A stretch of DNA of 54,629 bases, taken from positions 1 to 54,629 of IMG/VR virus record IMGVR_UViG_3300038696_000641; one strand, given 5' to 3'. This document shows, piece after piece, positions 25,099 through 33,440 of the stretch (position 1 is the stretch's first letter; each line of letters starts with the position of its first letter). Origin of the DNA: a virus. Taxonomy: Duplodnaviria > Caudoviricetes. Under the pieces are notes generated by a model. That model did not search any database, had not been told where the DNA came from, and saw only the letters and a list, made by a program, of their open reading frames with translations. The position numbers and the translations under genes are program-made.

Positions 25099-25467
25099 TT
25101 ACTCCGGCGGCGTGGGCCAAACCACACTTGCGGGGAAGCCCTCTTGTGCCGGAATGTCCCGCAACGCTTGGCGGTAGATTGCCCATGCGGCTTGATCGAC
25201 GGGCGCATCTGCAACCTGCGTCCAGTCGGATGCGGTGAGGAGGTTGTCACGTTTCGCGCGGGTTTCGGCGGCCAGAACTTCAGCTGGGTCTGGCGTTGGT
25301 GGCGCAATGAATGGCTCGGCTGAGTGTTCGAGGTTAGCAAAGAGCTCGCGACCCAATGGTTCCACATCATTGGGTGACGCCGTGAACGGTATCCATCCGT
25401 AGGAGGGATGATTGATTTCGCAGTCAATAGTGGCCTGCGAGGTATAGATCGGGTTGCGCGTTTCCAT
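25099..25467 (-). CDS. tail fibre assembly chaperone
   Basis: RAKRDNLLTASDWTQVAD...WAIYRQALRDIP..GFP..WP; TAATG stop/start coupling with the upstream fibre gene. Confidence 0.85.
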   Translation of the reverse strand: METRNPIYTSQATIDCEINHPSYGWIPFTASPNDVEPLGRELFANLEHSAEPFIAPPTPDPAEVLAAETRAKRDNLLTASDWTQVADAPVDQAAWAIYRQALRDIPAQEGFPASVVWPTPPE

Positions 25468-26348
25468 TATGAAATCCTTAGCCAAAGCGTTGCACTGGTA
25501 TACACTGTGTCGGGCCCTGAATCCTCATCTCTTACGGTAGTGTCTGCAAACCCAAGGCAACGCCACGTTCCAGCGGGACTTGACCCGTTGAATGTACCTC
25601 TTGAGTTTGAAGGCTCTAGGCTTGATCCTGCCCTTGTTGTCCCAAATGGGATGTCGCCTACAACTTGGAAAAACCCATACGTCCCAAATGGGATGTCGCC
25701 TACAACTTGGAAAAACCCATACGTCCCAACTGCGCCCGCTGTAGCGCCAGCAATAGCTGACAACACATCAGGCGTGGTTGGTGGTATCTGGGCTGGACTT
25801 AGAGCCTCAACAGCAGCCTTCACCTTAGCCGGACTCAGAACGCCCTCTTGTGTGCCCGTGCCCGCTTCCCATGCGGCTATGTCCTGGGTCGCGCCGCTGA
25901 TCCGCAAAGAGCCATCTACAAAATCAACGCTCAGGCCGGTCCCTGTAAGAATGCTACCTGTTTTGCTATCCAGTTGCGCTTGAATAGGGCTGGTCACGCC
26001 ATCGAGGTGGTTCACTTCTTCTGTCGAGACTGTCGCGCCGTCCAAGATGTTCAATTCATCAGTGGTTGCCGTCAGGCCAAGGTTTTCCAGCGCGGCATCG
26101 CTATCAGCCAAGTCGGACAGGTTTGCGGACTTGGCGGCGGCACCATTGGCGGCGGCTGCAATTGCCGTAAAAGACTGTTCGAGCGGATAGGCTGGCAAGC
26201 TGGTGAAAGCCGTTGTGCCATCCCCAATGCGCAAATTGCCGGTGTCGGTTTCCCATGCGGGTTCTCCATCCAGCAACACAGGGTTTGCTGCCGTCCATTC
26301 GGCGGCTGTGCCACGCCGCAAAAGGATGCGTGCTTTAATGTCGGCCAT
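25467..26348 (-). CDS. second tail fibre protein with Mtd_N-like N-terminus
   Basis: LRRGTAAEWTAANPVLLDGEPAWETDTGNLRIGDG; C-terminal GTWRCLG...LWLRIS; followed by a chaperone gene. Confidence 0.75.
   Translation of the reverse strand: MADIKARILLRRGTAAEWTAANPVLLDGEPAWETDTGNLRIGDGTTAFTSLPAYPLEQSFTAIAAAANGAAAKSANLSDLADSDAALENLGLTATTDELNILDGATVSTEEVNHLDGVTSPIQAQLDSKTGSILTGTGLSVDFVDGSLRISGATQDIAAWEAGTGTQEGVLSPAKVKAAVEALSPAQIPPTTPDVLSAIAGATAGAVGTYGFFQVVGDIPFGTYGFFQVVGDIPFGTTRAGSSLEPSNSRGTFNGSSPAGTWRCLGFADTTVRDEDSGPDTVYTSATLWLRIS
25639..25729. repeat. perfect 42-bp tandem duplication in the second fibre gene
   Basis: GTCCCAAATGGGATGTCGCCTACAACTTGGAAAAACCCATAC x2 plus GTCCCAA; encodes (GTYGFFQVVGDIPF)x2. 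Confidence 0.95.
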
Positions 26349-26363
26349 GTTCTTCTTCCTCGT

Positions 26364-26717
26364 TTATCTGCGGATCGCCCATGTGAGCGTCGGGTGTGTT
26401 TCGTTTGGCACGTTGAATGTGGTGGACCCGTCACCTGCGCCGTAAGTTGTGCCGATTGCTCTGAACAGGATCACGTATGCTGACCGAGACACGGCGCGAC
26501 CATCTGCGGGCACCCAGCCCTTCGGGACTGTACCTGCAAAGAGCTGCATTGCGCCGACGGCAGGCGTCAACTCCGCCACAACGGACAGGATCGTGTCGTT
26601 CAATCGCTGCTCGTCGGACTTGCGCATAGCGGCTTGCAGGGCGGCTTTAGGCCGTTCCCCGAGCAGCACACTCAGCTTTTCCAACATGCCAGGCGGAAGT
26701 CGTTCCATGTCGGGCAT
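26364..26717 (-). CDS. phage tail-collar domain protein
   Basis: VGAMQLFAGTVPKGWVPADGRAVSRSAY..LFRAIGTTYGAGDGSTTFNVP. Confidence 0.85.
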   Translation of the reverse strand: MPDMERLPPGMLEKLSVLLGERPKAALQAAMRKSDEQRLNDTILSVVAELTPAVGAMQLFAGTVPKGWVPADGRAVSRSAYVILFRAIGTTYGAGDGSTTFNVPNETHPTLTWAIRR

Positions 26718-28432
26718 CAGGCCACCGCCAATTCTTCGAGCGTCTGCCCGATCGATATGGATGTAACCTCGGCGCTGCCTTCGATTTCAATCTGCCATTC
26801 CTTTGAACGGAAGCCGGAGGGCAATCGTTGCGGTGTGTTGAATTTGTCCGTTTGATGCACAAGCTTGCCGTCTGCGAATATTCGCGTCGTAAGAACGGTT
26901 TGGGCAGGCGTCGTGTCGGCCTCGACCATGATCGCGGCAAATGAAACCGGCGAAGGGGTGTAGAATGCCTTGGACCGCCATCTGTATGTCGTTGTCGGGC
27001 GCGAGCGATTGTCGAATTGCCGGACTTCTGTGGTGTTGGACAAGAAGTACAGATTGCCATCGGCAGGATTGAGGAAGAATGCGTCTGGTGAACCTGCAAA
27101 TTCGGGATCAGTGCGCAAGAAGTATGGCTGCTCTCCGGTCAGGTCGATAAACCCAATGGCGTTGATTGCCGCTTTGGTGAGAGGCGAGCCACCATCGTAA
27201 TTGACGAAGCCAAGCAATGATGAACTCGGGCCGCCGCCGTTGTAGCTGTCGGGGTTTGCGGGATCGAGGACAGCTTCACCCCCGTTGAGGCTATCAATGG
27301 CACCATCGGAATATCCAAAGGCGTAGCGGCCGTCATAGCTGGCCGCGAACATGGTGCTGGGGGATAGCTCGCGCCAGTCGTCACGGGTAAAGAGGTTGCG
27401 TGATGCGAGCTGCGTCCCACTTGCCGAGATGACAATGAGCCCGTCTGCGGACGGATACGCCGCGGCATAGCCCAGATCCACGACGCCACGACGGGACACA
27501 CACGGCAGGTTGGCTTCCATGCGCTGCATGATCATGTTTTCGGGTGCTGTGCCTTGAATGATATAGGGGGTGGCTGTGGTCAGCACGGCCAGCGTTGATC
27601 CAAAGGCAGACAGCGCCACAATGTCGTGGTCGACCGTCAGGCTGTACTTTTGCGGCCATGCATGCGGAATGTAGGGCTCGCAAAAGAACACTTCACGCCC
27701 AGAAAAGCCTGCCATCATGCCGTTTGACATGGCAGTTAGCCCGTCGAGGGTGTCAACCGGCGGGTCAAAGTCGGCAGACGGCAGCACTTCTTGCAGCGGG
27801 TTGGCCTCAAGATCATGCGTGTAGGTGGTGTTTGCGACCGGTATCTCTGCTACGAAATACAAATCTGTGATGCCGGAAGCGCTGGTCTGCGAGCGATAGA
27901 TGCGGCGACGGTCGATTCCTCTGCCAGTCGGCGCGGCGTCCATGTCTGACAATGATACTGTGTTGCCCGGGCTCCATAGGATTGCGTCCGAGGCGGGCGA
28001 CGGGGCGCTTTCTTCGTCAAACTCGGTGACGAATGTGTATGCGTAGACGAAACTCTCTGCCAATTCGGTATCGAGGGTTCCCACCATGGCTGCTGTTGGT
28101 GCGTTGGCAGGTGCCGCAAGGGCCAAGGGATAGTCGGCATCATTGGCGATCACACGCGGGGCACCTGTCAGGGTCGTGTAGTAGAGGCGATCTTGCGCGA
28201 CGGGGCCCGTGGCGATATCGGCCTGCGCCGCAAATGATAGCCATGTGTCATTGTGAAGGTAGATCGTGGACGCTGCGCTTTGCAGGGTTTCAATCAAGGC
28301 GCTTTCGCGAAACGGTGTTACATTGCCATCATCAAGACGTGCATTGCTCGATACCATGGCGACATTGCCACCCAGAAGGCGGTCTGCGCGCCTTGGGATT
28401 TCGCCTTTGAAGTCTGCAATGCGTATCTTCAT
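26717..28432 (-). CDS. tail nozzle/tubular structural protein
   Basis: 571-aa, likely beta-rich protein after the adaptor genes; call rests mostly on position. Confidence 0.6.
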   Translation of the reverse strand: MKIRIADFKGEIPRRADRLLGGNVAMVSSNARLDDGNVTPFRESALIETLQSAASTIYLHNDTWLSFAAQADIATGPVAQDRLYYTTLTGAPRVIANDADYPLALAAPANAPTAAMVGTLDTELAESFVYAYTFVTEFDEESAPSPASDAILWSPGNTVSLSDMDAAPTGRGIDRRRIYRSQTSASGITDLYFVAEIPVANTTYTHDLEANPLQEVLPSADFDPPVDTLDGLTAMSNGMMAGFSGREVFFCEPYIPHAWPQKYSLTVDHDIVALSAFGSTLAVLTTATPYIIQGTAPENMIMQRMEANLPCVSRRGVVDLGYAAAYPSADGLIVISASGTQLASRNLFTRDDWRELSPSTMFAASYDGRYAFGYSDGAIDSLNGGEAVLDPANPDSYNGGGPSSSLLGFVNYDGGSPLTKAAINAIGFIDLTGEQPYFLRTDPEFAGSPDAFFLNPADGNLYFLSNTTEVRQFDNRSRPTTTYRWRSKAFYTPSPVSFAAIMVEADTTPAQTVLTTRIFADGKLVHQTDKFNTPQRLPSGFRSKEWQIEIEGSAEVTSISIGQTLEELAVA

Positions 28433-28440
28433 GGCCTACC

Positions 28441-29103
28441 TCAAAAATCAACGTAGCGGGTGCGGCGCTTGGCGCGCTGCTGGCCGGTGAGACTGACCGA
28501 GAAATGATCATTCATGGCCCGCTCGAACCGCTGGCCGTGCATCATTGCCAAGTCTGGATTGGTCCAAGGCTTGTTCGGCTGCATGGCAAGGCGCGCAATG
28601 GCCCCGCAGGCGATGTGTTCGGCGTGCATGGTGTAGAGGAAGTCAGGCACGGCGTCATACTCGTCTGCCACGACGCCATCGGCCCCCAGCGTCATATCCA
28701 TGCCATTGACCGGCTTGAGAAAGAGCGAAAGGGTCAGCTTGCCTTCTTTAAACGGTAGCACGCGGATGCTGTTGTAGGCTTGCTGTGTGATGTGGCGCGG
28801 GTCTTGGCCCAGTTGCTCGGCAAAGTTGGCCTCATCCACGTCTGAGAACTGGATCGGTTCCAGCGTGGTTTCATCATCAAACACGGCCTTTTCGATCTGG
28901 TGGATCGCGGCGTAGTAGGGCGCGGCAAGGTTCTGGCCGTCACGGGTGACATTGAGCGTGGTCATGTGACGCCAGCATTTCGTGCGCTCACAAAACTCGA
29001 TAGCAGCCAGCCGCAGATTGAATGTGGCAATGGTGTGCGGGCACTCTTTGACGTGCGGCAACACCAGCGGCAAGAACTTGGTCAGGGCGATTGTGGGTGT
29101 CAT
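28441..29103 (-). CDS. head-tail adaptor-like structural protein
   Basis: AAIEFCERT..WR and PNKPWTNP segments; position in the morphogenesis operon. Confidence 0.55.
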   Translation of the reverse strand: MTPTIALTKFLPLVLPHVKECPHTIATFNLRLAAIEFCERTKCWRHMTTLNVTRDGQNLAAPYYAAIHQIEKAVFDDETTLEPIQFSDVDEANFAEQLGQDPRHITQQAYNSIRVLPFKEGKLTLSLFLKPVNGMDMTLGADGVVADEYDAVPDFLYTMHAEHIACGAIARLAMQPNKPWTNPDLAMMHGQRFERAMNDHFSVSLTGQQRAKRRTRYVDF

Positions 29104-29109
29104 GTCTGC

Positions 29110-29793
29110 TTATCCCTGATTGGTCGTGTTGACGTTTTGCGCGCCCTCAATGTCTTGCCGGATGCCCAGTGCGCTCTGGAACAGGCTGTAGTGTGCCTGC
29201 GCCCGCTGCGTGGTGCCGCTCAGGATCGCGTCTTCGGCATAGCAGCGGTAACAGACGTAATCGGCCAGCGCGTTGGCGTAGGACCGGTCAAGCGGTGCCT
29301 GTGTGCTGGCTGTGATGGTTCCGGTGATCGGGTCAGGGATCTGCGCCATGATGGCTTCAACAATCCCGCTGCCGGTGTTGCCCGGGAACACATAGAACTG
29401 GCGCGGCTCGAACTCGTCGGCAATGACGTGTTGGACGTCTTTCGAGAATGGAATGGTGGCCGGATCGTGCCAGTCGATGAACTGTGCATCGAGTATCTCA
29501 CGATCTGTCGGGGTGATTGAACGGCCACCTGTGCGTGCTGTGGCCCCTGCGGCGCTTGTGACGTTGCGCACCATGCGCAAGAGGCCTGAATAGGCGTCAG
29601 GGACGGTTTGCAGCGTGCCGGCAGCCAGTGCGAGCTCAACGGTGCGGGAAAAGGCGGTGGGCTTCTGGACAGAGATTTCCAAAAGCCCATCGTTGAAATA
29701 ATCCAGCTTGGTATCCGCAGTCCAGCGGACCTCATCAACGTCGCTGAGGGCCTTGGCTGCGCGTGTCAGAACCTCGGTGACGTTGACTGGCAT
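29110..29793 (-). CDS. head-tail adaptor protein
   Basis: VRWT..KLDYFNDG, FYVFP and ALADYVCYRCY motifs; position after the capsid genes. Confidence 0.6.
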   Translation of the reverse strand: MPVNVTEVLTRAAKALSDVDEVRWTADTKLDYFNDGLLEISVQKPTAFSRTVELALAAGTLQTVPDAYSGLLRMVRNVTSAAGATARTGGRSITPTDREILDAQFIDWHDPATIPFSKDVQHVIADEFEPRQFYVFPGNTGSGIVEAIMAQIPDPITGTITASTQAPLDRSYANALADYVCYRCYAEDAILSGTTQRAQAHYSLFQSALGIRQDIEGAQNVNTTNQG

Positions 29794-29796
29794 GGG

Positions 29797-30240
29797 TTAT
29801 TCCTCTGGTGCTTGCTCGGACGCCTCGCGGATGCGCTCGATGATGGTTTCGGGGCTGGCGCGGTGATGTGGCTTTGAGCCGATCACGTCCTGATAAAGCT
29901 CTTTAAGCTCGTCGATGGGCAGCTCTTCCAGCGGCGTGATAGAAGCCTGTGCGGGCTCTGGCTCCGGTGTGGGCCCAGCTTGCGGTTCTGGCGCTGGCTG
30001 TGGCTCTGGTGCGGGCTCTGGCGCGGGGGCCGGTGCGGGAGCAGGCTCTGGTGCGGGCTCTGGCTTCGCATCGGGATCGTAAATCTCAAACCCGTCGATG
30101 CTCAAGAACCGCTTGATATGTGTGGGATCATCAACGGTGCAGACGTGATGGCCTGCGTTGTTGGGGGCGAAGTGGTAGTTCATACCTGCGATTTCGTGGT
30201 GCGAACCGCCTTCGCGGATAAGTGTGGTTGCGATCTTCAT
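29797..30240 (-). CDS. hypothetical protein with Pro/Glu/Ala linker and short helical C-terminal domain
   Basis: PEPAP repeats followed by IDELKELY..IGSKPHHR..ETIIERI. Confidence 0.55.
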   Translation of the reverse strand: MKIATTLIREGGSHHEIAGMNYHFAPNNAGHHVCTVDDPTHIKRFLSIDGFEIYDPDAKPEPAPEPAPAPAPAPEPAPEPQPAPEPQAGPTPEPEPAQASITPLEELPIDELKELYQDVIGSKPHHRASPETIIERIREASEQAPEE

Positions 30241-30311
30241 TCCAGTGTTCCTCTGTGAAATGGGTGAAGGGGCGAGACGTACTGCCTCACCCCTAGTTTG
30301 TGTTTCGTCGC

Positions 30312-30752
30312 TTACGCGATGAAGTCGATCTTGACGGTCAGCTTTTTGGCGGCACCGGCTGAGACGTTTGCCGCGATGGTCGCACCAATGGCGCGGTGCG
30401 CTTGGTACGGTGCAACGGCAAGGCAGTCAGCCAGATCGGCATTGGCTTCGTTGTTGTTGACCGAGATGGCGTCAAACAGCTCGTCACCAACGGTGCGCTC
30501 GCTTGTTGCGTCGGACGGCTCGCCGGTCATGATGCCAATGTCAGCGGTGGTAGCGCCAAGGCCTGCACCAATAACGGTGGCACCAACAACCTGCGTACCG
30601 GCAGGCAGCAAGCCCAGCTCGATGACGTCTGTTGCGGCGGTGTAATCGGCATCGAATGTGTATTCGAACACCGCGCTTGTCACGATACCGGCTTGGTAAG
30701 CGGTTGGTGTCGCTTTCCGGCCAGTCGCGTTTTGCGTTTGGAAGGTAGTCAT
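30312..30752 (-). CDS. putative capsid cement/decoration protein
   Basis: 146-aa, likely beta-rich ORF directly after the major capsid (DVIELGLLPAG). Confidence 0.55.
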   Translation of the reverse strand: MTTFQTQNATGRKATPTAYQAGIVTSAVFEYTFDADYTAATDVIELGLLPAGTQVVGATVIGAGLGATTADIGIMTGEPSDATSERTVGDELFDAISVNNNEANADLADCLAVAPYQAHRAIGATIAANVSAGAAKKLTVKIDFIA

Positions 30753-30770
30753 GGTCGTGTCCCTCTCTCA

Positions 30771-30823
30771 TGAATAGGGGTTTTGGGAGTAGCTGGGCCG
30801 CCTCACGCGGCCCTGCCTATTCA
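30771..30823. terminator. nested inverted repeats between capsid and cement genes
   Basis: Inner GGGCCGC-CTCAC-GCGGCCC (30795-30813); outer TGAATAGG...CCTATTCA. Confidence 0.45.
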
Positions 30824-30830
30824 GTCGGGG

Positions 30831-31922
30831 TTAGACTGGCAGTGCGTATGTATCCAACGCCATCACGCCGAAGTCGCGGTTGTTGAAGCGTGTCTTTTTG
30901 ACACCCATGATGACACCTGCAACAACGGTTGGCTCGTTGTCGTAGTCTTCCATCTCTTCTTTCCACATGTAGCGCATGCCGCCCGGCGTACCGAACGCAA
31001 CCACACCGGCCTGACGGCCAAGGAAGAGCGCGCGTGCTGCGGGCAGGTTTGCACCCGAACCGTAGTCGTTGAAGCGGATCACATGCTCATGCTCGTGCAG
31101 CACGACATTGTTGATCATGCCCATTGTGCCTTTGAAGATAGGCGACTTGCGGCCCTCTGCGGCTGCGGCGGCCTTTTGGAAGTCCAGCCACTTGGAACCG
31201 GCACCGGTACGCATGGTGTGCGCTTGGTACGGCGACATCACGGTGACGAAGTGCTTTTCACCTTCAACGTCGACCGGCATCATGTCGGTGGCGTCTGGGT
31301 CATTGGCACGCATCATCTTAGCGCGTGTGGCGGTCTTTTCGATCAGGTCTGTCGACATGACGTCGGCAGTCGTGACGTTGGCCTTGGCTGTTGCTGTGCC
31401 ACCAAAGATCAGGTGTGCAGCATCAGGTGCTTGCAGCGCGTTGGAAGCAAAGCCCGAGTAATCGGCGGTTTCGATAAACTCTTCGTTGATGCCGCGCGCA
31501 CCGGACAGGTAGATGAAATACATCTCGTCGATGTACTGCGTCCAGTATTCGGCAAGGCGATCCTTGGCGATCTTGCGCATGTCATGCAGCGTGCGCTTGC
31601 GGCTCATGCGGCCACCGGCAGATACAGGGTGACGCATCTGGTCGATCACAACTTCATCAGAGAAGAAGCGCAGGTTTTCTTCCTTGCCCTTCACGCGGGA
31701 ATCGCCAAACGTCGGGCGCTGGCGAAGCTTTACGGACAGGTCGAAGGAAATCCGGTCGCCAGCATCGCTGGCAAGGTCCATCTTTTCTTCGATGATGTTG
31801 TTTTCGCCTTTGCCAACAAACTTCTTGTTGAAGTAGCTGTTGCGGTTGACTTGCGTGGCGAGAGTTGCGCCCCAGCGCTTAACAGCGCGCGGATCACCCC
31901 AGTTCAGGATGGTTTGTGTCAT
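30831..31922 (-). CDS. major capsid protein, N4-gp56/DUF4043-like
   Basis: AGDRISFDLS..L, IDQMRH, RALFLGRQA and GVKKTRFN motifs; start taken at MTQT behind a GAGGA RBS. Confidence 0.88.
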   Translation of the reverse strand: MTQTILNWGDPRAVKRWGATLATQVNRNSYFNKKFVGKGENNIIEEKMDLASDAGDRISFDLSVKLRQRPTFGDSRVKGKEENLRFFSDEVVIDQMRHPVSAGGRMSRKRTLHDMRKIAKDRLAEYWTQYIDEMYFIYLSGARGINEEFIETADYSGFASNALQAPDAAHLIFGGTATAKANVTTADVMSTDLIEKTATRAKMMRANDPDATDMMPVDVEGEKHFVTVMSPYQAHTMRTGAGSKWLDFQKAAAAAEGRKSPIFKGTMGMINNVVLHEHEHVIRFNDYGSGANLPAARALFLGRQAGVVAFGTPGGMRYMWKEEMEDYDNEPTVVAGVIMGVKKTRFNNRDFGVMALDTYALPV

Positions 31923-31990
31923 GGTAGTCCTCATCGACTAAAGAAAACGAGGCGGACTTCCATGCCCTAAGTATCCGGCATCCTGCCGTT
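31923..31990 (-). promoter_or_regulatory. capsid 5' leader with four GGA motifs (candidate CsrA sites)
   Basis: Hairpin CGGC-AGGAT-GCCG (31976-31988), GGA (31974-31976), ATGGA (31959-31963), GAGGA RBS (31928-31932). Confidence 0.55.
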
Positions 31991-32001
31991 AATGCTTATA
32001 T

Positions 32002-32047
32002 ATACCATATCTTGTGTTGGTTTGCCAATATGATCTATATGTTGTGG
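32002..32047. promoter_or_regulatory. tandem NrdR-box-like pair upstream of major capsid
   Basis: ATACCATATCTTGTGT (32002-32017) and GATCTATATGTTGTGG (32032-32047), 30 bp apart. Confidence 0.7.
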
Positions 32048-32048
32048 T

Positions 32049-32213
32049 TTATTTGTCGGGCGCTGCGCTTGGCAGGCGCTCGATGTTCAGGTTGCGCGGC
32101 GCATCGATCGCAATCTTTATGGCGCGACTGTTGCTTGGTTCATCACGAACGATCAGCTTTATGCTGTCGCCAATCATCAAGCTATCGCCTGCTTTCAATT
32201 TGAGTGTCAGCAC
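32049..32213 (-). CDS. csrA: CsrA/RsmA-like protein (54 aa, absent from the ORF track)
   Basis: Manual translation MLTLKLKAGDSLMIGDSIKLIVRDEPSNSRAIKIAIDAPRNLNIERLPSAAPDK; fits the CsrA pattern ML.L....G..LMIGD...I.I.AP....I.R; GTG start with AAGGA RBS. Confidence 0.8.
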   Translation of the reverse strand: MLTLKLKAGDSLMIGDSIKLIVRDEPSNSRAIKIAIDAPRNLNIERLPSAAPDK

Positions 32214-32228
32214 CGCGCAGTATCCTTT

Positions 32229-33236
32229 TTAAACGTCCATGGAAGCGAAGGCTTCGGCTTCTTCTGGTGGCATCTGATCTATGATCCGCTCGTATTCGAA
32301 CGCATCAGCGCTTTTGAGACGCTGGGCCAGTGCCGAGTATTTGCCATCGGACACCGAGGTTTGCTGCGCGGCTGGCACGTTTGCCAATGTGCGCGGCGCT
32401 TTGTCCCCTGCCCGCTTTTTGGGTGCGGGCTTGGGTGCTGGCTTCAGGTCTGCCTTGGCCTCTGCTTTGGGTGCTGTTGCCTTGCTCTTGAGGGCTGGCA
32501 CCTCGATGCCATCGTCCAGTGCATCGGCGGCATAGAGGCGATGGGCCTTTTCCAGCATTTGCTGGTGCGTCTTGTTGGCCATGCGCGGATCTGCGGTCAC
32601 TTCCTCCACAAAGAGGTTGAAGTTGTCCTTGTGCGTTGCGTCTGCAAGCTCTGGATAGGCTTTGAAGTATTCTCCGGCAGTGTTCATGAACGCGGACAGG
32701 ACTTGATCGTTCTGGCGTTCCAGCACGGCTTTTTCGGCAATCAGGTCTTTGCTTTGGTTATCGACCTCTTTGACCTTCGCCATGTATTCCTCACGGGTCA
32801 GGTTGCCTTCTTCCCAGTCATCGAATGCGGCTTCTTTTGCCTTTTCGAGCGTGTCCATTTCAGTATCGAACACCGAAAGGTCCATGATCTGCGTGGATGA
32901 TGCAGGCGCGGCTTTGTCCTGGTCATCTTCGGCTATATCACCGGCACCTTCTTGGGCTTCTTCGGCTCCCTGTGCTTCTTGGGATTGAACTTCACCGGCT
33001 TCATCGGCATCTGGATCATCCCCTTCACCGTTTTCGTCTTCACCGAGCAGGGCTGCGCGCTCTTCATCGCTGAGAAGGCGCATGTCTTCTTCGGTAAATC
33101 CGTCATCGTCATCGGCTCCGTCTTCTGCATTCAGATCAAGCGTGTCCTCGCTTTCGGTTTCTTCACCGTCAGTCTGGTCTTCTGCTTTCACCTGATCGTC
33201 AGTTGTCAGGTCGTCCTTGGTGTCTTCTTCGGCCAT
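32229..33236 (-). CDS. putative scaffolding protein
   Basis: Highly acidic, coiled-coil-like 335-aa protein between portal and capsid. Confidence 0.65.
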   Translation of the reverse strand: MAEEDTKDDLTTDDQVKAEDQTDGEETESEDTLDLNAEDGADDDDGFTEEDMRLLSDEERAALLGEDENGEGDDPDADEAGEVQSQEAQGAEEAQEGAGDIAEDDQDKAAPASSTQIMDLSVFDTEMDTLEKAKEAAFDDWEEGNLTREEYMAKVKEVDNQSKDLIAEKAVLERQNDQVLSAFMNTAGEYFKAYPELADATHKDNFNLFVEEVTADPRMANKTHQQMLEKAHRLYAADALDDGIEVPALKSKATAPKAEAKADLKPAPKPAPKKRAGDKAPRTLANVPAAQQTSVSDGKYSALAQRLKSADAFEYERIIDQMPPEEAEAFASMDV

Positions 33237-33245
33237 GGTGTCCTC

Positions 33246-33440
33246 CTATGGCGTGGGTTGGTGTTTTTGGGTGAACTGGTCGACTGCTTGCGCATGCACC
33301 CATCCGTCGCGCCAGTTGGCGTGATCGCCCGGCCAGTCGTCGGCGTGGAAAGGCGCTGTGCGCTCATGGGGATTGGCAGACGCATCGAGATTGTCCCGAT
33401 ACGCCTGCTGTCCTGCGTGGAATGGCGTCAGGTTATCCAA
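33246..33440 (-). CDS. hypothetical protein
   Basis: 64-aa ORF overlapping the portal stop (NPH...W.DGW). Confidence 0.5.
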   Translation of the reverse strand: MDNLTPFHAGQQAYRDNLDASANPHERTAPFHADDWPGDHANWRDGWVHAQAVDQFTQKHQPTP

